Positions 27,561 to 37,737 are shown, counted from the stretch's first letter. The stretch: 64,000 nt of DNA from Prolixibacteraceae bacterium (GCA_963676015.2 CAXXUQ010000003.1:58256-122255), one strand, 5' to 3'. Numbers and translations are program-made. The notes: generated from the sequence alone by a model not told the origin.

Positions 27561-30500
27561 ATGCCCCAAGCCACCGACACTTCTGAAAAAGGATTTCAAA
27601 AACTCATAGTCAGTCAATTGATTGAAAAGCAAGGCTATGTTGAAAGTTTCTCTGCCGATTTTGATAAGGAATTTGCGGTAAATAAAGATCAGTTGTTTCG
27701 GTTTATTGAGCAAACACAACCCGAATATTGGGCATATATCAAACTTCGGGGCGAACGTAAATTCCTTTCTTTGTTGGATGCCAAAATTAAGAAAAAGGGC
27801 ACAGTTGAAGTGTTTCGAAAAGGGGTGGCATTCAACGATAAAACAGTTAAACTATTTTATCCGCAGCCCAATTCAAGCTATAATTTAAAAGACAGGGAAA
27901 ATTTTAGGTCCAATATTTTTTCGGTTACTCAGGAGTTAGTTTATACAACCGATCAGGCCAATCGTCTCGATTTGACCATTTTTGTAAATGGCTTGCCCAT
28001 TTGTACGATGGAATTAAAAAACGCATTTACTTATCAGGCGGTAAAAAATGCCATTCATCAATACATGTTCGACCGTAAATCGAAAGATAAACTGTTAAAC
28101 CAAGGCAGGTGTATGGTACATTTTGCAATGGACACCACTCTAGTTTACATGACTGGCGCACTCAATAACAATGAGACTACTTTTTTCCCTTTTAATAAAG
28201 GCTTAAACGATGGCAGCGCCCACCCACCATTTGGTGCCGGGAATCCGGTGAATCCCGATGGCATTAAAACAGCCTACATGTGGGAAAAAATCCTGACGAA
28301 AGGAAGTTTGGCAAACATTATTGAAAAATTTGCAACATTCTTTCCTAAAAAGAACATGCAGATTTTTCCAAGATACCACCAGTTAAAAGTGGTTCGCAAC
28401 CTGTTAGCTGATGCCAAAGAAAAAGGAGTTGGTCAACGTTACCTGATTCAACATTCCGCCGGTTCAGGTAAATCAAACTCCATCACTTGGTTAGCGCATC
28501 AACTGATTGGCCTTTACAATGCCGACACAGTAACTCCTCTATTCGACAGCGTATTAGTAGTAACCGACCGCACCAATCTCGACGAACAAATACGTGAAAA
28601 CATCAAAGACTTTGCTCAGGTAAAAAGGGTAGTCGAAGCCATTACCGGAAAGGCAAAAGACATTAAAGCCATCGACCCTGCAGAACAGGTATTCAGCAAA
28701 ACGGTTCACATGCGTTTGGCATTGGCCAATAACAAGAAGATTATTACCTGCACAGTACAAACCTTTCCTTTTGTGCTGAAAGTAATTCAGGATATGGCTG
28801 CGAAAAAGGTTGCCATTATCATTGACGAAGCACACTCCAGCCAAAGTGGCCTTGCGGCAGCCAGTATGAATGCTGTATTTGCTAATGAAAAATTTCAGGA
28901 CCTTCCCACCGATGAAGAGGGAAATATAAATACGGAAGATCTGGTCAATTATCTGGTAGAGAGCCGTAAAATGTTAAAAAATGCCAGCTATTTTGCCTTT
29001 ACAGCAACGCCAAAAAATAAAACATTGGAAACGTTTGGTATAAAAGTACCCTACATCAATGAACATGGAGAAGAGCATTTTCAATCTTACCCATTTCATA
29101 CCTATTCCATGAAGCAGGCCATTGAAGAGGAGTTTATTTTGGATGTATTGAAGAACTACACCACTTACAAGTCTTTCTTCAAGATCAAAGAAAGCGAGAA
29201 AGCTTCCGGGGAAGAGGAATACGATACCAAAAAGGCAAATAAAAAGATTCGTTCATTTGTGGAAGGGCATGAACTGGCAATAAGCGATAAAGCCCGAACC
29301 ATGATTGATCATTTCAACAAACATGTTTATTTTCTGATCGATCACAAAGCCAAAGCAATGGTCGTTTGTAAGTCGATTGAAGCTGCCATGAAATATAAAG
29401 ATGCGTTTGACCACTACCTGAAAGAATTGAATAGCCCGTATAAATCGATTGTTGCTTTTTCGGGCAAAAAGAAACATTATAAAACTGGAGAAGAGCTAAC
29501 TGAAGAAAAAATGAACGCTTTTTCCGATGGCATCAACGACATACCAAAACAATTTAAAAAACTCGAATACCGTTTCTTAATTGTAGCTGATAAATACCAG
29601 ACAGGTTTCGATCAACCATTGTTACATACCATGTATGTCGACAAAGAGTTGTCTGATGTACAGGCAGTTCAAACACTTTCGCGCTTAAACAGGGCATACA
29701 AGCCTGCGAAGAAAGACACTTTTGTACTCGATTTCTTTAACATTACTGAAGACATCAAAGAAGCATTTAAACCATATTACACCACAACAATTCTAAGTCA
29801 GGAAACAGATGCAAATAAATTAAACGCACTTCAGGAAGATCTTGATGAATTTCAGATTTATGATGAAGACCAACTGCTGCAATTCTTCAAACTATACCAC
29901 AATAGCAATGAAAAGAACGACAACAGGCCGAAACTTGACCGCATTATTGATGTGATACAGGCCTGTTTCGCCGAGGATTTAATTAAGGATCAGCAAATTG
30001 ACTTTAAAAGCAAAGCGAAATCTTTTGTAAGGACTTATAGCTATTTGGCAAAACTGCTCGATTTCAATAAAACCTATTGGGAAATGCTGTGGTTAGTGCT
30101 TAAACATCTCATTCCGCACCTTAAAATTGCTGAAGATGCGCCAGATGAGAACATTCTGGAAGTAATTGATATGGCAAGTTACAGTAACCGGAGTCAGGAG
30201 AAAAATATAGAAATTGAATTGGTAAACGAGCCAGGAATAGTTGAACCTATTCCTGTAGGTGGTGGTGGTGGAAGTTCGGCACCTGAGTATGATAAATTGA
30301 AAAACATTGTAAAACAGTTTAATGAACGATTTGCCAAAGATTTGGAAGAGTTTGGTGAGAATCAAGCTGAAGCAACAGAAATTCTATCAGTGGGTATTCC
30401 ACAAAAACTAAAAGAAAATGAGGCCACTTTAAAAACAATTGCCAATTCAGATAAGGCCAATGCCAAAGATGAAGCAGATTTCCAGTTAAAGGCACTCATG

Positions 30501-30641
30501 CAAAAGCTGATGTTTACCAATACCGGTCTGTACAAAAAATTTCTTGGTGATGAAGATTTTCGCAACCGATACGAGGAATTTATTTTCGATATGCTTTGGC
30601 AGGAGGTGAAGGGGGTGCCCAATCAAATAAAAGCGCGTTAA
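27561..30641 (+). CDS. hsdR: type I R-M restriction subunit
   Basis: RLDLTIFVNGLPICTMELKN nuclease motif, QHSAGSGKS, IIDEAHSSQ, FTATPK, KYQTGFDQP, VQTLSRLNR. Confidence 0.96.
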   Translation: MPQATDTSEKGFQKLIVSQLIEKQGYVESFSADFDKEFAVNKDQLFRFIEQTQPEYWAYIKLRGERKFLSLLDAKIKKKGTVEVFRKGVAFNDKTVKLFYPQPNSSYNLKDRENFRSNIFSVTQELVYTTDQANRLDLTIFVNGLPICTMELKNAFTYQAVKNAIHQYMFDRKSKDKLLNQGRCMVHFAMDTTLVYMTGALNNNETTFFPFNKGLNDGSAHPPFGAGNPVNPDGIKTAYMWEKILTKGSLANIIEKFATFFPKKNMQIFPRYHQLKVVRNLLADAKEKGVGQRYLIQHSAGSGKSNSITWLAHQLIGLYNADTVTPLFDSVLVVTDRTNLDEQIRENIKDFAQVKRVVEAITGKAKDIKAIDPAEQVFSKTVHMRLALANNKKIITCTVQTFPFVLKVIQDMAAKKVAIIIDEAHSSQSGLAAASMNAVFANEKFQDLPTDEEGNINTEDLVNYLVESRKMLKNASYFAFTATPKNKTLETFGIKVPYINEHGEEHFQSYPFHTYSMKQAIEEEFILDVLKNYTTYKSFFKIKESEKASGEEEYDTKKANKKIRSFVEGHELAISDKARTMIDHFNKHVYFLIDHKAKAMVVCKSIEAAMKYKDAFDHYLKELNSPYKSIVAFSGKKKHYKTGEELTEEKMNAFSDGINDIPKQFKKLEYRFLIVADKYQTGFDQPLLHTMYVDKELSDVQAVQTLSRLNRAYKPAKKDTFVLDFFNITEDIKEAFKPYYTTTILSQETDANKLNALQEDLDEFQIYDEDQLLQFFKLYHNSNEKNDNRPKLDRIIDVIQACFAEDLIKDQQIDFKSKAKSFVRTYSYLAKLLDFNKTYWEMLWLVLKHLIPHLKIAEDAPDENILEVIDMASYSNRSQEKNIEIELVNEPGIVEPIPVGGGGGSSAPEYDKLKNIVKQFNERFAKDLEEFGENQAEATEILSVGIPQKLKENEATLKTIANSDKANAKDEADFQLKALMQKLMFTNTGLYKKFLGDEDFRNRYEEFIFDMLWQEVKGVPNQIKAR

Positions 30642-30658
30642 AAACCAAACTATAATCC

Positions 30659-31657
30659 ATGCAAACAGCCCTCTATCTCAATAACAAGCGGTTCACCGAA
30701 AAAGAATTTTCCAAGGAAAAAGAGTTGGAAGATCTGATGTTTCAGAATAGCAAAAATCTATTCGGTCAACATAGCATCATTATCGAAGCAAAAAAGAAGA
30801 TCGACCATAAAACATTAGGTGGTACTATTCCTGATGCTTTTCTGTTCGATCTCAACGACCCGGAGAATCCGGAGTTTTACCTCATTGAGGTAGAGTTGGC
30901 TAGCCATAGTTTTTTCAACCACATTTTTCCACAGATCACCAAATTCTTTGCTTTTTTCAAAAATTCGGTCAGCCAGAGCGAATTAATTGAGAAACTTTAT
31001 TCCCTGATCAATGCTGATGCAGGATTAAAGAAACAGTTTAAAGATCGTATCGGAAATAAGGAAATATTCAAATTCATTAAGGACACTATTGAGAACAGTC
31101 AAAACATTTTGTTGATGCTCGACAATGAGAAACCCGAGCTGCCTGAGATCATTAATACCTATACCGACACATGGGGTAAAATTGTTAAGCTTACTTTGCT
31201 AAAAGAATACACTCATAACGGCGAAAGCATCATCAGCCTGACTCCCGAATTTGCCAATATTGTTACAGTGGGACTCGCAACAGAGAAGGAAGCTCCCGGT
31301 TCATATACTGAAGAATATCATTTGGAAGGTACTTCCCCGGAAATAAAAGAAGCATACCGCACAATGCATGATGCACTAACCTTTCAGACAAAAGACATTA
31401 TTTTTAACCCGTTGCGCTACTATATTTCGTTGCGTAAAAAGAAGAACTTCGCCTTCATTCATGTCAAAAAATCAAAAATGACCATTGTTGCCATGATGGA
31501 TCAGCCTTCAATTGAAGAACGGATCAAACACCATAAAATCAATACCCTTGCCGCAAGTGTCCAGAAATTCTATAACGGTCCATGTGCTCAAATAGTAATC
31601 ACTGACAATTCAAATATGAACGAAATAATCAATCTACTAGTGGAAATACAAAAATAA
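30659..31657 (+). CDS. PD-(D/E)XK (NucS/EndoMS-like) nuclease fused to a DUF5655-like C-terminal domain
   Basis: EKELEDL, IPDAFL, LIEVEL in the N-terminal part; YTEEYHL...YISLRKKKNFAFIH.KK in the C-terminal part. Confidence 0.7.
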   Translation: MQTALYLNNKRFTEKEFSKEKELEDLMFQNSKNLFGQHSIIIEAKKKIDHKTLGGTIPDAFLFDLNDPENPEFYLIEVELASHSFFNHIFPQITKFFAFFKNSVSQSELIEKLYSLINADAGLKKQFKDRIGNKEIFKFIKDTIENSQNILLMLDNEKPELPEIINTYTDTWGKIVKLTLLKEYTHNGESIISLTPEFANIVTVGLATEKEAPGSYTEEYHLEGTSPEIKEAYRTMHDALTFQTKDIIFNPLRYYISLRKKKNFAFIHVKKSKMTIVAMMDQPSIEERIKHHKINTLAASVQKFYNGPCAQIVITDNSNMNEIINLLVEIQK

Positions 31658-31794
31658 TCTGATTTAATGGATTTTTTGAGGTGTAGCAACGTTCGTTCAA
31701 TTGAGGCAAAAGCAAAATTGTGGAGAAAGAGTGTGAATGAAAATGTTTTTAGTGAGGATAGGTTAAAGTCAAAATATTGTCTAAACATATTTGA

Positions 31795-33186
31795 ATGAGA
31801 GATACATTGTTTATTAGCCATGCAACTCCTGAAGATAATGAGTTTGCTATCTGGATTGGGTCAAGGCTGGAGATGTTGGGATATAAAGTTTGGATAGATA
31901 AAGATCGATTGCTTGGTGGTGAACCTTTTTGGAGAACAATTGACGGTGTGATTAGAAACGATGCAGTAAAAGTATTGTTAATCTATTCAAATAACATCTG
32001 TCTTTCACCAGGCATTCTTAAGGATGGCATAGATAAAGAATTTTCTCTTGCTGAAGCTATTGCGAAAAGTGAAGGTCTATCTGATTTTATAATACCTCTG
32101 AATATTGATAAAGATGTACCTTATAATTCCTTTATTGGTTCAAATAGACTTAATCAAATACCATTCTTTGGCAATTGGGCAGAAGGACTAAAACAGCTAT
32201 TGAAGAAATTGATTAATGACAACGTTCCCAAGCTAAAAGAGATACAAGAATCAACTTTTTCTGAATGGTATGAGAACGAATATATTTCAAACTGCTCAAT
32301 TATTTCGAAAAAAGAATTGTATTACTCTTCCTGGTGGCAAATTGCAGAAATGCCACCAAGGTTTTACATGTTTAAATTTACGAATGCTGAGCAAGCAAAA
32401 GCAGTTCGAAACGCTAATACATTGCCTGTTAGTCTTTTGTCTAACACTATATCAGCGTTTGATGAAAATATCAATTTTACTGTAACAAGAGAAGATGAAG
32501 AAATTGAGGTACTACCCGAAGCTACATATTCATTTTCTTTAACTGATATTCTTGACGGGTTTCTGTCAGAATCTTTTCCACAGCATAAGGATGCTGAAAA
32601 TCATTTCAAATGGTTATTGAGAGGTGTAATAACTAATTTGTTCAGGAATAAAGGACTGTGGAAACAAGAGATGTCAAATAAAAAATTTGTTTATTTTTTG
32701 CCAAGTTATAATGATTTAAAACCAGTTAGTTTTAAATATCCATTCTCTAGCCCAAATAAAAAGGATAAAAGAAAATCAATCGTTGGAAAATTCGAGGATA
32801 TCGGAAAGTGGCATTACGCTGTTTCGTGTCAAACTAGTTTGTCCCCAATTGTCGGGTTTTCATTAAAATCTCATTTGGTTTTTACCAGTGACGGTTTCAA
32901 ATTACTGCAAGATGAGAAAAAGGTTCATGGATATAGAAGGAAAAAGGGAAGACGATTCTTTAATGATGAATGGAGAGATCTGCAACTGGCATTTATTCAA
33001 AGATTAAAGGATAATGATAATGAAATAAAAATAAAGGTTTCAAATGAAGGATGGTATTTGAAAATGGAAAACTGGACTGAGATGTTTTGGAGCGATGTAG
33101 GTTATCGAGATCCTAGCACACCTATGGCTGTTGAAAAAATTGAAGATTTCTTTGAAGAACCTCATAACGAAGAAAATGATGATTGA
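31795..33186 (+). CDS. TIR-APAZ effector of a SPARTA system
   Basis: LFISHATPEDNEF.IW....L...GYKVW.D TIR start, catalytic Glu in DKEFSLA, FIIPL.ID; APAZ half with ELYYSSWW, WHYAVS, KSH.VFTSDG, RRKKGR.FFNDEWRD. Confidence 0.93.
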   Translation: MRDTLFISHATPEDNEFAIWIGSRLEMLGYKVWIDKDRLLGGEPFWRTIDGVIRNDAVKVLLIYSNNICLSPGILKDGIDKEFSLAEAIAKSEGLSDFIIPLNIDKDVPYNSFIGSNRLNQIPFFGNWAEGLKQLLKKLINDNVPKLKEIQESTFSEWYENEYISNCSIISKKELYYSSWWQIAEMPPRFYMFKFTNAEQAKAVRNANTLPVSLLSNTISAFDENINFTVTREDEEIEVLPEATYSFSLTDILDGFLSESFPQHKDAENHFKWLLRGVITNLFRNKGLWKQEMSNKKFVYFLPSYNDLKPVSFKYPFSSPNKKDKRKSIVGKFEDIGKWHYAVSCQTSLSPIVGFSLKSHLVFTSDGFKLLQDEKKVHGYRRKKGRRFFNDEWRDLQLAFIQRLKDNDNEIKIKVSNEGWYLKMENWTEMFWSDVGYRDPSTPMAVEKIEDFFEEPHNEENDD

Positions 33187-34693
33187 CCCTGAATTAAAAT
33201 ACCTTAGCGAACCTTTTCTAACTTTCAATAATGGGCAAAAGGCAATAGATCCGCGAGATGGATTAATGTTATTTGGTCCATTTTCACAAAAAAAAGTTAA
33301 AGGACAAAAGACTATTGGTCTTATTGGACCTGCGATTTTGCGAAATAGAATGTTAGAGTATTTAAAAAAGCTGCATGCACCGATTTTAAATTCCGATAGA
33401 TCTATTGCCCGACCTAGCTTCCCTGGACTTGAAACAATCTTTGATATTTATGTAAATTTCGAAAATGTTTCACAAATCGAAATTTCTCAAAATGAGATTG
33501 ATAAATATTTGAAATTTAGGGATTCACATCAGCGAGTTCACAATTGGACCAATTTATATGTTGACAAATTGAAAGAATATGCAGATAATGAGGAAATACC
33601 TGTTGACGTTTGGATAATTGTTATCCCAGAATGCATTTTCCAGTATGGAAGGCCAAATTCGAAGATACCAAAATCAGCCGATGTTATAAATGAAGGATTA
33701 AGTATTGCTAAAAGGAATTCACCTCAATTAGATATGTTTTTTCAGGACGAAATTGATCAATTGAAAAAAGCGTATGAATTTGAGATCAACTTTCACAATC
33801 AATTAAAAGCAAAGGTTTTATCAGATAAAATTATTACCCAAATTATTAGGGAAAGCAAAATCTCATATGAAGAGTTGTGGGATAATCCTGAAAAGATTGA
33901 TGCTGAACGTAAATTCGACAGTGCTAAAGCATGGAATATATCTACGGCCTTGTATTATAAGCTTGGTGGTTTACCATGGAAACTTGGAGATGTAAGAGAG
34001 AATGTATGTTATTTAGGTCTTGTTTATAAAAAGACTGATGCGAATGAGAAAAATAAAAATGCTTGTTGTGCTGCTCAAATGTTTTTAGATTCTGGGGATG
34101 GTATGGTATTTCGCGGGAATGTTGGTCCTTGGTGGAATCCAAAAACTGGTGAATTTCATTTATCAAAAAAGGATGCCACTGATATAATATCTCAATCTTT
34201 AGAGTCTTTTTACAATAACTCCGGACATTATCCAAAGGAGGTATTTATTCATGCAAAAACTTATTTTGATGACACAGAATGGGAAGGATTTGAGGAGGCT
34301 GCAAAGGGGAAATGTAAAATAATAGGTGTAAGGATTAGGGAAAATAATACATTCAAATTATACCGACAACAGCAATACTGTATTCCAAGAGGTATGATGT
34401 TGCATTTTGATGATAATAAGGCATATTTATGGACAAAAGGATTTATTCCGCGTTTTCAGACTCAAATTGGATTGGAAACCCCAAATCCGCTAGAAGTAGC
34501 CATAACACGCGGTAAATCAGAAGTTGAGATTGTTTGTAAGGATATTCTGGGATTAACGAAGTTGAATTATAATACTTGTATTTATGGTGATGGTGTTCCC
34601 GTAACATTAAAGTTTGCTGAAGCCGTAGGGGAAATTCTAACGTCAGGTAAAGATGTAAAAGGTGGAGTTTTGCCATTTAAACATTATATATAA
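33176..34693 (+). CDS. short prokaryotic Argonaute (MID-PIWI, catalytically inactive) of SPARTA
   Basis: EP.L.F..GQK..DPRDGL.LFGP, FHNQLKAK, AWNISTALYYKLGG.PWKL, CYLGLVYKK, ACCAAQMFLD.GDG, LTKLNYN.CIY.DG.PVTLKFA. Start overlaps the TIR-APAZ stop. Confidence 0.95.
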   Translation: MMIDPELKYLSEPFLTFNNGQKAIDPRDGLMLFGPFSQKKVKGQKTIGLIGPAILRNRMLEYLKKLHAPILNSDRSIARPSFPGLETIFDIYVNFENVSQIEISQNEIDKYLKFRDSHQRVHNWTNLYVDKLKEYADNEEIPVDVWIIVIPECIFQYGRPNSKIPKSADVINEGLSIAKRNSPQLDMFFQDEIDQLKKAYEFEINFHNQLKAKVLSDKIITQIIRESKISYEELWDNPEKIDAERKFDSAKAWNISTALYYKLGGLPWKLGDVRENVCYLGLVYKKTDANEKNKNACCAAQMFLDSGDGMVFRGNVGPWWNPKTGEFHLSKKDATDIISQSLESFYNNSGHYPKEVFIHAKTYFDDTEWEGFEEAAKGKCKIIGVRIRENNTFKLYRQQQYCIPRGMMLHFDDNKAYLWTKGFIPRFQTQIGLETPNPLEVAITRGKSEVEIVCKDILGLTKLNYNTCIYGDGVPVTLKFAEAVGEILTSGKDVKGGVLPFKHYI

Positions 34694-34786
34694 CACATAA
34701 TACTACTCACAGAGATGAATTAAGTTTGATCTCTATTTACAATACGTCATTTGTTTTGTATTTAACTCTGTATTAAAAAACACCTT

Positions 34787-35035
34787 CTATTCATGTTTTC
34801 GGCAAGAAATTATGTATAGATATGATTCATCAATCGAATAAACTAATCGGTTTTGAATATCAATACTAATAGAAAATATACCGGTAGTCTTTCGTACTGA
34901 ACCGTTCGAAAAGAAATAATTCAATATAATCTCAATAATAGAATTAATTTTTCTCTTCCTTCTCTTGTCCATTTTTCCCCAAAGCATATAGTCATCCCAA
35001 GCTTCTGCTGAAAAGATAATATTCTTCTTTCTCAT
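34787..35035 (-). pseudogene. yoeB: degenerate YoeB/Txe toxin
   Basis: IFSAEAWDDYM.W...DKR...KIN..I and RLVY retained. The central GKPEPLK segment is missing; SRRI has become SISI and the C-terminal RYHY has become RKHE. Confidence 0.65.
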
Positions 35036-35043
35036 TTTTTTAC

Positions 35044-35304
35044 TTAATCCTTTAAGTCATTTAGAGATACTTTTTTGATTAAACTTTCCTTGATTTGCTC
35101 TAAGCTTCTTGCCAGATGTAAAGCATTATTTGTATTACTTATTAGGTGAAAAGTTTCCATAATCGTTTCATAATCATCTCTAGACATTATTATTACATCT
35201 TCGCCACGGGTTCTTTTTACAAGTATTTGGGAGTGGTCATCTGTAACCTGATCCAAATAAGACTTTAACTGACTTCGAAAATCAGAAAATGTTACTGATT
35301 TCAT
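35044..35304 (-). CDS. yefM: YefM/Phd antitoxin
   Basis: VTFSDFRSQLKSYLDQVTDDH..ILVKR..GEDVIIMS.DDYE...ET.HL. TGTAC operator-like cores upstream at about 35320-35380. Confidence 0.9.
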   Translation of the reverse strand: MKSVTFSDFRSQLKSYLDQVTDDHSQILVKRTRGEDVIIMSRDDYETIMETFHLISNTNNALHLARSLEQIKESLIKKVSLNDLKD

Positions 35305-35443
35305 ATTTACATATATAATTGTACGTAAAAGTATAAAATTAAGATAATTTAGTATATAAGTTGTACTTATAGATGTACATTTTATTTTGTGGTCAAATTT
35401 GTCCTTTTGAATTTCACATCAATATTTCACTTTTAAAAGAAAA

Positions 35444-35647
35444 ATGGCTAATTCTTTTAATAATGTGAAACGATCAATTCTTCTATTCTTAGGAGGTATT
35501 GAATTTTTTAGAGTTTTTCAAAGAGACGTTTTAGAATTTATAATTATCCTTTGTGCGATGATGCTCCTTATTTTGTTTGTTTTCTATTTGCTGACCTCAA
35601 AGCGATTCCTCAAAGCATACAGAAAAATCATGAAGGGGAGAAAATAG
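35444..35647 (+). CDS. small membrane protein
   Basis: 67 aa with a hydrophobic core and basic tail. Confidence 0.4.
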   Translation: MANSFNNVKRSILLFLGGIEFFRVFQRDVLEFIIILCAMMLLILFVFYLLTSKRFLKAYRKIMKGRK

Positions 35648-35747
35648 TCAAGAATTCTATTTGATTTTTTTCATGTAAAATTCAAATGTAGATTCTATAG
35701 TTATTCTCTGGTATTGTTACACTCAAATTTCCGACAAAGTTATTGAT

Positions 35748-35979
35748 CGCTTCACGGAACGGTAAAGGGGAACTCGCTTTTCGTGGCTCGTTTCCTTCGG
35801 ATGCGTTCAGTTTCATGGATTGCCCATTTCGGGCATGAAACTGACATGCACCCCGTTGACCTGATCCGTGACAGCTCAATGTTGGTACGCCAAAAATTTA
35901 AGTTTAGCGGCGTGCCAGATATTTCCCTAGTTAAATCGAAGGGAGCCATAATAAGTCCGCAGGGCAGCGGCACTTTCAC
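35748..35979 (+). repeat. structured leader, copy 1 (upstream of ardC)
   Basis: 135-bp core (35748-35882) differs from 37738-37872 at 5 positions. Two further hairpins are conserved in structure. Confidence 0.85.
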
Positions 35980-36894
35980 ATGAATACTTCATTCGACATT
36001 TATGAAATGGTTACAAACCTGATTATTGAACGCCTTGAAGCGGGTGTTGTCCCTTGGCAGATGCCCTGGAAAGCTGAAACCGGGTTCCCACAAAACATGG
36101 TTCACAAAAAAGCTTACCGTGGTTTTAATTTCTGGTTGCTGCTGACTGTTACAGATAAGTTTGGCTCTCCGTTCTTTCTAACCTTCAACCAGATCAAAGA
36201 ATTGGGTGGGCATGTTTTGAAAGGCGAAAAAGGTTTCCCGGTTGTGTTCTGGAAGCTGTTGGATAAGGAAGAAAAAGATGGAAGCCTTGACCATATCCCT
36301 TTCCTCCGTTATTACACCGTTTTTAACTTGAAACAAACCGAAGGTATCGATGAAAGCAAGATCCCAGCAACTGAAGCACACGACCATGTATTTGACCCGA
36401 TTGGTCAGGCAGAACAGTTAATCGAATTCTGGTATGATAGCCCTGAAATCAGGCTTGACCAGTCACACGCCTTTTATTCGCCTTCCGGTGATTACGTCGG
36501 GATGCCAAACCCACGGACTTTTTTCAGGGACGAACAATATTATTCGACACTTTACCACGAACTGGTTCATTCTACCGGGCATATCAATCGAACTGGAAGG
36601 CATGAAAAGCTTTCGGATCACAAATTCGGTTCTCAGGATTACAGCCAAGAAGAACTCGTAGCTGAATTAGGAGCCGCGTACTTGTGTTACATGACTGGTA
36701 TTCAAAATGCCACAATTGACAACAGCACTGCGTACATCAAAAGCTGGATTGGTAAATTCAAGGAAGATAAAAAGATGTTGTTGATTGCTTCTTCTCAGGC
36801 ACAAAAGGCAGTTGATTATATATTGGAACATCAGGTTCATCCCAACCAGGCGGCAAGTGCCGCTTTGGTTGACCAAATGGCGGAGGCAGTTTAG
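35980..36894 (+). CDS. ardC: ArdC-family ssDNA-binding anti-restriction protein (DUF1738 plus zincin-like domain)
   Basis: G.VPWQMPW, YRGFN, FLTFNQIKELGG.V.KGEKG, FLRYYTVFN..QTEG, YYSTLYHELVHSTGH..R, YS.EELVAELGAA.LC. Confidence 0.93.
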   Translation: MNTSFDIYEMVTNLIIERLEAGVVPWQMPWKAETGFPQNMVHKKAYRGFNFWLLLTVTDKFGSPFFLTFNQIKELGGHVLKGEKGFPVVFWKLLDKEEKDGSLDHIPFLRYYTVFNLKQTEGIDESKIPATEAHDHVFDPIGQAEQLIEFWYDSPEIRLDQSHAFYSPSGDYVGMPNPRTFFRDEQYYSTLYHELVHSTGHINRTGRHEKLSDHKFGSQDYSQEELVAELGAAYLCYMTGIQNATIDNSTAYIKSWIGKFKEDKKMLLIASSQAQKAVDYILEHQVHPNQAASAALVDQMAEAV

Positions 36895-36908
36895 CCTTCG
36901 CCTTTTTT
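36879..36908 (+). terminator. intrinsic terminator after ardC
   Basis: GGCGGAGGC-loop-GCCTTCGCC followed by T6. Confidence 0.75.
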
Positions 36909-36950
36909 AGCTCAAAATTTCACAGTTAGAAACAATTAAAGATTAAAGAT

Positions 36951-37658
36951 ATGGAACAGTCAAAAAGTTTTACCCAGTATATACTGCAAATCGGTTACAA
37001 GTATGGTTTGCATTCGGTATTTGATGATTTTCTTGAAATGGTTGTTTGCGCTTTATCTTTAGGGGCAAAGGAAGACCGTTACTTGGAGATTGTCCGTAAT
37101 TACGAAAAACCGGATGCCTACCTGATGGCTGAAGCTTTTGGCGCATTAGTTGTTGAAATGGACAACAATGGCGAAGGTTTGAAAGATGGGTTCGGTGACT
37201 TTTATATGGAATACCTTAGTCATGGACATAATGGACAGTTCTTTACCCCGGAACCGATTTGTGAAATGATGGCCAGGATTCTAAATCCGGCAGGTTTTGG
37301 AGAACGGGTTGCAGATTGTTGCTGTGGCTCTGGCCGGATGTTGCTGGCAGCAGCAAAAACAAGTCGAAACTCGTTATTCTTTGGGGCTGATATTGACCGA
37401 ACCTGTGCCATGATGTGTTTGATCAACCTATGCCTGAATGGACTTTTGGGCGAAGTCTGTTGGATGGATACGTTGATGAACCGTTTTTATGCAGGGTGGC
37501 GGGTTGAACTTCACCCCGAGAAGGGAGTTCCGTATATCAGGGAAATTACCGAACCTGAAAGTTACATGGTTCTAAGGCTACCTGAAAAGAAACAGGAACT
37601 CATTGTCCAACAAGCACCAGTAACTAAAGTAACTCAGCAGCTGATGTTTGAATTCTAG
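36951..37658 (+). CDS. N6-methylase-like (HsdM-like) protein lacking the NPPY catalytic motif
   Basis: GQFFTPEPIC, DCCCGSGRML (SAM-binding motif I), GADID..CA.MC..NL. No (N/D/S)PP(Y/F) anywhere in the ORF. Confidence 0.8.
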   Translation: MEQSKSFTQYILQIGYKYGLHSVFDDFLEMVVCALSLGAKEDRYLEIVRNYEKPDAYLMAEAFGALVVEMDNNGEGLKDGFGDFYMEYLSHGHNGQFFTPEPICEMMARILNPAGFGERVADCCCGSGRMLLAAAKTSRNSLFFGADIDRTCAMMCLINLCLNGLLGEVCWMDTLMNRFYAGWRVELHPEKGVPYIREITEPESYMVLRLPEKKQELIVQQAPVTKVTQQLMFEF

Positions 37659-37676
37659 GGGCAATGCCCCTTTTTT
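37657..37676 (+). terminator. intrinsic terminator
   Basis: AGGGGCA-A-TGCCCCT followed by a T-tract. Confidence 0.65.
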
Positions 37677-37737
37677 GTTCGTTCAATTTTTTGTTAGGTA
37701 AAATCACTCCATTTAAAATTGCAGGCAAAATTATTTA

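Noticed and set aside
35682-35983. ORFs 35682-35879, 35752-35979, 35783-35983 (and 37719-37925, 37735-38316)
   Set aside because: They are open frames across the duplicated structured leader or antisense to a real gene; the shared peptide text only reflects the DNA repeat.
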